NCBI GenBank assembly: GCA_965262725.1
Contig: OZ253555.1
Coordinates: forward strand, 1,536,001-1,600,000
From: Dehalococcoidia bacterium
Lineage (GTDB): Bacteria > Chloroflexota > Dehalococcoidia > UBA2979
Direction: 5' to 3'
DNA length: 64,000 nucleotides
Within the stretch, counting starts at the first letter, position 1. Every line of letters begins with the position of its first letter. Made by a program: the position numbers and the translations under genes. Below are positions 58,531-64,000 of the stretch, piece by piece. The notes under the pieces were generated by a model. That model saw nothing but the letters and a program-made list of their open reading frames with translations. It searched no databases and was not told where the DNA came from.

Positions 58531-60730
58531 GTGAGTGCCCAAGCGGCTAACTCCATCCAAGACAAGGTCCGAACACTACAACGCACGCTTTACCGGGCGG
58601 CCAAGGCCGACCCCAATAGACGCTTTCATGCGCTCTACGACAAGGTTTATCGCAGAGACATTCTGGAGCGCGCGTGGGAGCAGGTGCGTCGCAATCGCGG
58701 CGCAGCCGGTATCGACGGCGTCACGCTCGCCGAGGTCGAGCGCTACGGCGTGGAGCGCCTGCTGGATGAACTGGCCACGGAACTGAAGGAGGGAAGATAC
58801 CGGGTGCAGCCGAGCCGCCGGGTCTGGATACCCAAGCCCGGTCGGTCGGAAGAGCGCCCGCTCTCGATTCCTTCGGTCCGCGACCGCATCGTGCAGGCGT
58901 CGCTGAAGCTCGTGACGGAGCCGGTCTTCGAGGCCGACTTCCTGCCATGCAGCTTCGGCTTCCGCCCGAAGCGTTCGGCCCATGACGCCCTGCAGGTCCT
59001 CATTGACGAGGCGTGGCGGGGCAGGCGGTGGGTAGTGGAGACGGACATCGCCTCGTGTTTCGAGTCGATACCGCGTGCGTCCGGAAGTCGAAGGGGTGGT
59101 GACGTGATGACGTGACCGGTCCGGAGACATGCTCGTTGCTGCCAGCCGGTGAGAGTCCGGCACGGGTAACTGTCAGGAGGCCCGTTAGCAGGTCGGCGGC
59201 GTGGACGGGAAACGGTCTGCGTCGAAGCCCGACGTCAAGAGCCCTATGAGGGGGAGCAAACGTGCGGTCCGCAGCATGACGCGAAGTCTGCCGCGCCGTG
59301 AGACTCGCCTGTCTATTGACAGGACCAAGGAGGAGCCGAGCCCGGGTGGTCAGGGCGAAGGCCATGGACGAGGTGAAGATCCTGGAATGCAGCCTCAAGA
59401 AACCTCCCGGCGTATGGGACGTGGAACGTACGGAAGGTAGCGACGGGAACCGGAGAAGCCCTCCCCGGCCCGGCACCCTGTGAGAGGGCGTCGGAGCGAG
59501 GCGTCCTATAACCGGTCAGAGCCGGGAAGTGGACAGCCAGCCGGAAGGGTGGCGGAGGGGGTCGTAGTACCGCTGGAGCCGGACGGACAACATAACCGCC
59601 GGTGATGGGAAGGACCCCTACTTTGTCCGTGCATGTTGCTGGGGGTGTGGACTGGTGAGTGCCCCTCGGGGCTAGCAACCACTTGGTAGGGTTCGAGGCT
59701 CTCCGCACATGCTGTACCGGCTGGCCAAGGCACGACCCACGTTGTGGGGAGCGCTGCATGCCATCTGGTGAAGGGCATCGGTGAGCCGGATGAGGGAGAA
59801 CCTCACGTCCGGTTCGATGTGGCAGGGGCTGGAGACGGACGCTGCTATGGCCGTGGAGTTGGGCACCACCGGGAAACCGGCTTGGAACTGATGCGCCACC
59901 GCCTACGGCTCGCACCGCGCCAGCCCCTGACCCTACACGACCGTCTGATGACGGCCGTCGAGGAACGGATATGCGACCGCAATCTCCTGAAGCTGGTACG
60001 GGCGATGCTGCGTGCCGGTGTGATGGAGTCGGGGGTCGTGCAGCACAGCGCGACGGGTACGCCGCAGGGCGGGGTGATGTCCCCGCTGCTGGCCAATGTC
60101 TACCTGCACCGGTTGGACCGGGACTGGGAGGCGAAGGGTGATGGCGTGCTGGTGCGCTATGCGGATGACCTCGTGGTGCTCTGCCGGAGCCGGGAGGAAG
60201 CGGAGCGGGCGTTGGCCCTGCTGCGTGACCTGCTGGGTGAGCTCGGACTGGAGCTCAAGGCGGAGAAGACGCGCATCGTGCACCTGCGGGAGGGAGGCGA
60301 GGGGCTGGAGTTCCTCGGCTTCGAGCATCGCTGGGTACGTGCGAAGCGCAACAAGAATATCCAGTTCCTCGCACGCTGGCCCTCACGGCGAGCGATGCAG
60401 CGGGCGCGGGACCGCATCCGTGAAATCACGGCGCGGTTGCGTCTGCTGCTGAGTCCCCGGCAGGTCGTGGAGGAAGTCAATCGCTACCTCCGCGGCTGGA
60501 TGAGCTACTTCCGCTACGGCAACTCGGCGAGGGCGTTCGACGTCCTGCACTGGTTTGCCATGTGGAGACTCAAACTCTGGCTGGGGAAGCGGTTGCGTTG
60601 GCGGCGACGCCATCGCGGGCACCCGTTTCCCGTCGCCGACCGTCTGGGGCTCATCTCGCTAGCTGGACAGCGCGTCGTGGCACCACGGCCATATCGACCG
60701 TGGCGGGGCACCCCGCATGCCGCCCGGTGA
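58531..60730 (+). CDS. ltrA: Group II intron reverse transcriptase/maturase, join(58531..59074,59937..60730), 445 aa, no En domain
   Basis: GAAGIDG, IPKP...RPL.IP..RDRIVQ, SFGFRP, DI..CF..IPH across the junction, GTPQGG..SPLL.N.YL, YADD, FLGF and X-domain GW..YF. Confidence 0.92.
59075..59936 (+). ncRNA. Inner ORF-less group II intron (862 nt) inserted in the RT gene
   Basis: 5' GTGCG, colinear and highly similar to the outer intron RNA, domain V at 59783-815, 3' CCCTGACCCTAC. Removal gives ATA CCG C|AC GAC CGT (IPHDR) in frame. Confidence 0.93.
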
Positions 60731-61070
60731 AGGGCATCGGTGAGCCGGATGAGGGAAAACCTCACGTCCGGTTCGAGGCGGCAGGGGCTGGAGACGGACG
60801 ATGCTACGGCTGTGGAGATGGGCGCCACCGGGAAACCGGCCTGGCAATATGCGCCACCGCCTACGGCTCGCACCGCGCCAGCCCCTGACCCTACTCAAGG
60901 ATCTGGTCCGCGGACTTGTGCCAGATGAAGCGCCTCCGGTGCTCGTTTCCAGTTGCGACCCAAGCCTCCACTGAGCGGACCAGGCCTGCGAGGCTCGGTG
61001 CGATTGTTTTCAGCATTTGCAACTCGGGACACTAGGAGGCCTCCCGCGGTCGGCCGGCCCGGAAACCAGA

Positions 61071-61093
61071 ACGGGCGCCCCGAGGGCGCCCGT
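61071..61093 (-). terminator. Intrinsic terminator-like hairpin downstream of the ferredoxin
   Basis: ACGGGCGCCC-CGA-GGGCGCCCGT, followed by TCTGGTTT on the minus strand. Confidence 0.6.
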
Positions 61094-61117
61094 CAGGGAT
61101 GCGGCCCTGCGCCCGGG

Positions 61118-61393
61118 CTAGCCGGGGACCTTCGCGCGCGCGGTCTCGCGGTCCTGGAACCAGAGCACGTCGATCTCGGTGAAGATCGCCTGATCCTCCG
61201 GCACGTCGTCCTCGGCGTAGATCGCGGAGACGGGGCAGGCCGGCTCGCAGGCGCCGCAGTCAATGCACTCGTCGGGATCGATGTAGAGCTTGCGGTCGAC
61301 GCCCTCCTCGAAGTGGATGCAGTCGACCGGGCAGACGTCCACGCAGGACTGGTCGAGGACATCGATGCAGGGCTGCGTGATGACGTAGGTCAT
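61118..61393 (-). CDS. fdxA: Ferredoxin (FdxA-type, 7/8Fe)
   Basis: MTYVI..PC.D..D.SCV.VCPVDCI ... [25 protein letters not shown]. Confidence 0.93.
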   Translation of the reverse strand: MTYVITQPCIDVLDQSCVDVCPVDCIHFEEGVDRKLYIDPDECIDCGACEPACPVSAIYAEDDVPEDQAIFTEIDVLWFQDRETARAKVPG

Positions 61394-61594
61394 GTGCTGG
61401 CGTGCTCCCTCCGCCTCCGGCTGCCTGTGGCCTTCGTCGTCGACCGCGGCGCCCGCCCGGCGCGCGGCCGGTCGACGCGTCGCGTCGAGTCTAGGCTCGC
61501 CTCCCGGTGGCGGCAAGGTGGCATCGCGGGTCGCGATCAAGCGGCGTCGAGGGGGTGGCGAGGCACCGCCGGGGATGCTTGTTCGGGCGCCTGA

Positions 61595-62083
61595 TCAGCG
61601 CCGCCACAGCCGCGACCATCGCCTCCGGAGCGGCCTCCGATCGGCCTCGGGCGCGGCGCCCTCAGGCGGCCCCGAGCCTCCCGCCCTCACGACCGCGTCG
61701 AGGCGGCGGCGCAGCATGACGCCGTGGCCCACTACGTCGAGCGCGGCGCTCGGCTCGCCGTCGATCTCCGGGAAGAAGCGCCGCAGCGCCTCAGCGAACC
61801 CCGGCACCATCGAGCGGCCGTCCGCCATCGCGAGCTGCTTCAGCTCGTTGATCGCGGCTCCCAGCGCCTCGCCAAGCAGGGGGAGGGCCTCGTCCGGCAC
61901 GTCGATCTCGACGATGGCGCGCTCGAGCTCGCCCTCGAGCAGCGCGCGCAGCGGCGCGATCGGCTCCGCGGCGCCTCGCCCGCCCGAGCGCGTCGCGAGC
62001 CCGCGACCGGGGCGGGCCTCGCCGTGGAGCAGGCCGAGGTAGAGGATCTGGGCGTCGCGCTGGCGGAGGCGCAGATGCGGCAC
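61595..62083 (-). CDS. Hypothetical protein
   Basis: 162-aa ORF with protein-like composition and a GGTGGGGG RBS-like sequence before the GTG. No family recognised. Confidence 0.6.
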   Translation of the reverse strand: MPHLRLRQRDAQILYLGLLHGEARPGRGLATRSGGRGAAEPIAPLRALLEGELERAIVEIDVPDEALPLLGEALGAAINELKQLAMADGRSMVPGFAEALRRFFPEIDGEPSAALDVVGHGVMLRRRLDAVVRAGGSGPPEGAAPEADRRPLRRRWSRLWRR

Positions 62084-62229
62084 CGGCCCCCCACCTTCCG
62101 CTGGCGCGCCGAGACACGGCGTCAGTGCTATTCTCTCGCAGTCGCCGCTCCGGCGCCTTGCTCGCCAGCGTAGCGGCCGGAGGCGGAGAGCGTGCCGGGG
62201 GCTGCCCGGCGGGAGCAGAGGAGACCGAG

Positions 62230-62739
62230 TTGACGAACGTAGAGCCCGACGCGACCTGGCTGGCGCTCGCCGAGCTTGACGACGCGCAGCGCCAGAAGGC
62301 GATGTCCGATCGTTTCCACACGCTCGAGGAGGCGCCCCAGGATAAGCGTCGGCGCGATATTGCCGCCATGGTCTCCGCCGAGGACGCGATGTCCGACGAG
62401 GCGATCTATCCGTTCGCTCTCAGCCAGCTCCGCGTCTGGGCTGAGCTCGCGCGCGAGGACCTGCCGAAGGCACAGGCGATCGCGAACAGCTACGAGGAGG
62501 TCTACGGCGATGGTGCCGGTACGGCCGCCTGGCGCCGCGCGACGATCGTGCAGACGATCGCGCGCCTCGATCTCACCGCCGCCGACATCGACGCGCTTTC
62601 GGACCTCGTGCCGTCCCTGATGCGCCAGATCCCGCGCGCGCGCACGACGATCCTCGAGCGTGGCGCCGACGAGGCCGAGGCGGTCCGTGTGCGCCGCGCC
62701 GCGGCGCCGCTCTGGAAGCGCATCATCGGGCGGACCTAG
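62230..62739 (+). CDS. Hypothetical helical protein
   Basis: GAGGAG RBS before TTG 62230, protein-like composition. No family recognised. Confidence 0.65.
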   Translation: MTNVEPDATWLALAELDDAQRQKAMSDRFHTLEEAPQDKRRRDIAAMVSAEDAMSDEAIYPFALSQLRVWAELAREDLPKAQAIANSYEEVYGDGAGTAAWRRATIVQTIARLDLTAADIDALSDLVPSLMRQIPRARTTILERGADEAEAVRVRRAAAPLWKRIIGRT

Positions 62740-62839
62740 GCTGCCGGGCCGGCGTCGCCGATCGTTCTCTCCGCCCCGCACCGCCGTGGCGGCGCACACG
62801 GGCTGATCCCGCGCCGGGGACCCACGGCCGCGTTCCGCT

Positions 62840-64000
62840 CTACTGCTTCGTCGCGCGGGTGCCCGAACCAGCCCGGCGCCCGCGCTGTCGCGCCGCCTCC
62901 GTGGGCGGTGCGCGGCGGCCGTTCCGCGGCGACCGCCCCGCGTCACGTGCGCCGCCCCCGTTCTCGCCCGTGGACTCCGCCCTCTCGGAGCGCCGTCGGC
63001 GCTCCGGCGGCTGCTCCGCCGTGCCGTCCCGGGCCAGCACCTCCGCCAGGAAGCGGCCGCTGGCCGACTCCGGGTGCGCCGCCAGCTGCTCTGGCGTGCC
63101 GGAGGCCACGACGCGCCCGCCGCTCTCGCCACCTCCGGGACCGAGGTCGACAATCCAGTCCGCGTTCTTGACGACGTCCATGTGGTGCTCGATCACGATG
63201 ACGGTGTTGCCGCCGTCCACGAGCGCCTGCAGGACCGCGAGCAGTGATTCCGTGTCCGAGAACGAGAGCCCCGTGGTCGGCTCGTCGAGAACGTAGACCG
63301 TGCGGCCCGTCGAGCGCCGCGAGAGCTCGGTGGCGAGCTTGATGCGTTGCGCCTCGCCGCCGGAGAGCGTGGTCGCCGGCTGGCCGAGACGGATATAGCC
63401 GAGTCCCACGGAGGCGAGCGTCTCGAGCTTGCGCCGCGGCCGTGGAAACGCCTCGAAGGTGGAGAGCGCCTCGGTGACGGTCATCTCCAGCACGTCGGCG
63501 ATGCTCTTCCCGCGGAAGTGGATCTCCAGCGCCTCCCGGTTGTAACGGCGGCCGCGGCAGACGTCACAGGGGACGGTCACGTCCGGGAGGAACTGCATCT
63601 CGATCTGGTTGTAGCCGTCGCCGGAACAGGCCTCGCAGCGGCCGCCCTTCACGTTGAAGGAGAAGCGCCCCGGCTTGTAGCCGCGCGCGCGCGCCTCCGG
63701 CACCTGCGCGAAGAGCTCGCGCACCAGCGTGAAGAGCCCGGTGTAGGTGGCCGGGTTGGAGCGCGGCGTTCGCCCGATGGGCGACTGGTCGATGACCACG
63801 ACCTTGTCGACGTGTTCCAGACCCTCAATGGCGTCGTGGGCGCCCGGCCGCTCGCGCGCGCCCTGCAACTGGTGCGCGAGAGCCTTCGCGACGATCTCGT
63901 TGACCAGCGTCGACTTTCCGGAGCCGGAGACGCCGGTGACGCCCACGAAGCAGCCGAGCGGAATCTCCACGTCGATGCGGCAGAGGTTGTGCTCGCGGGC
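62840..64000 (-). CDS. uvrA: Excinuclease ABC subunit A (C-terminal part, 5'-partial)
   Basis: [45 protein letters not shown] and LDEPTTGL. Confidence 0.97.
   Translation of the reverse strand, partial: AREHNLCRIDVEIPLGCFVGVTGVSGSGKSTLVNEIVAKALAHQLQGARERPGAHDAIEGLEHVDKVVVIDQSPIGRTPRSNPATYTGLFTLVRELFAQVPEARARGYKPGRFSFNVKGGRCEACSGDGYNQIEMQFLPDVTVPCDVCRGRRYNREALEIHFRGKSIADVLEMTVTEALSTFEAFPRPRRKLETLASVGLGYIRLGQPATTLSGGEAQRIKLATELSRRSTGRTVYVLDEPTTGLSFSDTESLLAVLQALVDGGNTVIVIEHHMDVVKNADWIVDLGPGGGESGGRVVASGTPEQLAAHPESASGRFLAEVLARDGTAEQPPERRRRSERAESTGENGGGARDAGRSPRNGRRAPPTEAARQRGRRAGSGTRATKQ

Larger units (their letters stand above)
55326..60894 (+). mobile_element. Outer group II intron (IIB-like, RT-encoding)
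   Basis: 5' GTGTG, domain V GAGCCGGATGAGGGAAAACCTCACGTCCGGTTC (60742-74), domain VI ending CCCTGACCCTAC. Removing it rejoins the MITE reading frame exactly. Confidence 0.92.
55283..61032 (-). mobile_element. IS630-derived MITE (~180 bp once the intron is removed), interrupted by the group II twintron
   Basis: TIRs TGTCCTGAATTGGAAATGC (55284-302) and GCATTTGCAACTCGGGACA (61013-31) match 16/19, both in CTAG context (TA duplication). The rejoined minus strand encodes ...WVATGNEHRRRFIWHKSADQILDNLTGYLNRISNSGH*, which resembles an IS630 transposase C-terminus. Confidence 0.85.

Noticed and set aside
59075-59936. Assembly duplication of the outer intron
   Set aside because: The copies differ at many positions, including target-matched EBS changes, and the insertion has exact GTGCG...AC boundaries.
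58510-60730. Two separate RT pseudogene fragments, or a retron/DGR/Abi RT
   Set aside because: The fragments join exactly in frame after removing the inner intron, and domain V/VI plus the X domain identify a group II intron RT.

Overview
High-GC bacterial chromosome segment. The 16S signatures and gene content suggest Chloroflexota, probably Dehalococcoidia-related (inference, no database search run). Most of the window is housekeeping. It holds a methylmalonyl-CoA mutase cluster, an rRNA operon in the order 16S-tRNA-Ile-tRNA-Ala-23S-tRNA-fMet-5S, rpsA, clpC, mreBCD-mrdA-rodA, ligA, hisHAFI, rplU-rpmA-rpmE, ftsH, rnhB, hppA, glyQS, a ferredoxin and uvrA, plus a class F sortase beside a candidate substrate. 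The standout is a 7.7-kb pile-up of five mobile elements at one CTAG site (53366-61035). An IS1182-family IS abuts a ~180-bp IS630-derived MITE. The MITE is interrupted by a group II intron, which itself carries an IS21 element in domain I and a second, ORF-less group II intron inside its RT gene (a twintron). The two introns are close relatives, yet their EBS1, EBS2 and EBS3 differ exactly as needed to pair with their own insertion sites. This suggests the ORF-less intron is retargeted to the RT gene of its own family. Splicing it out restores a 445-aa RT/maturase.
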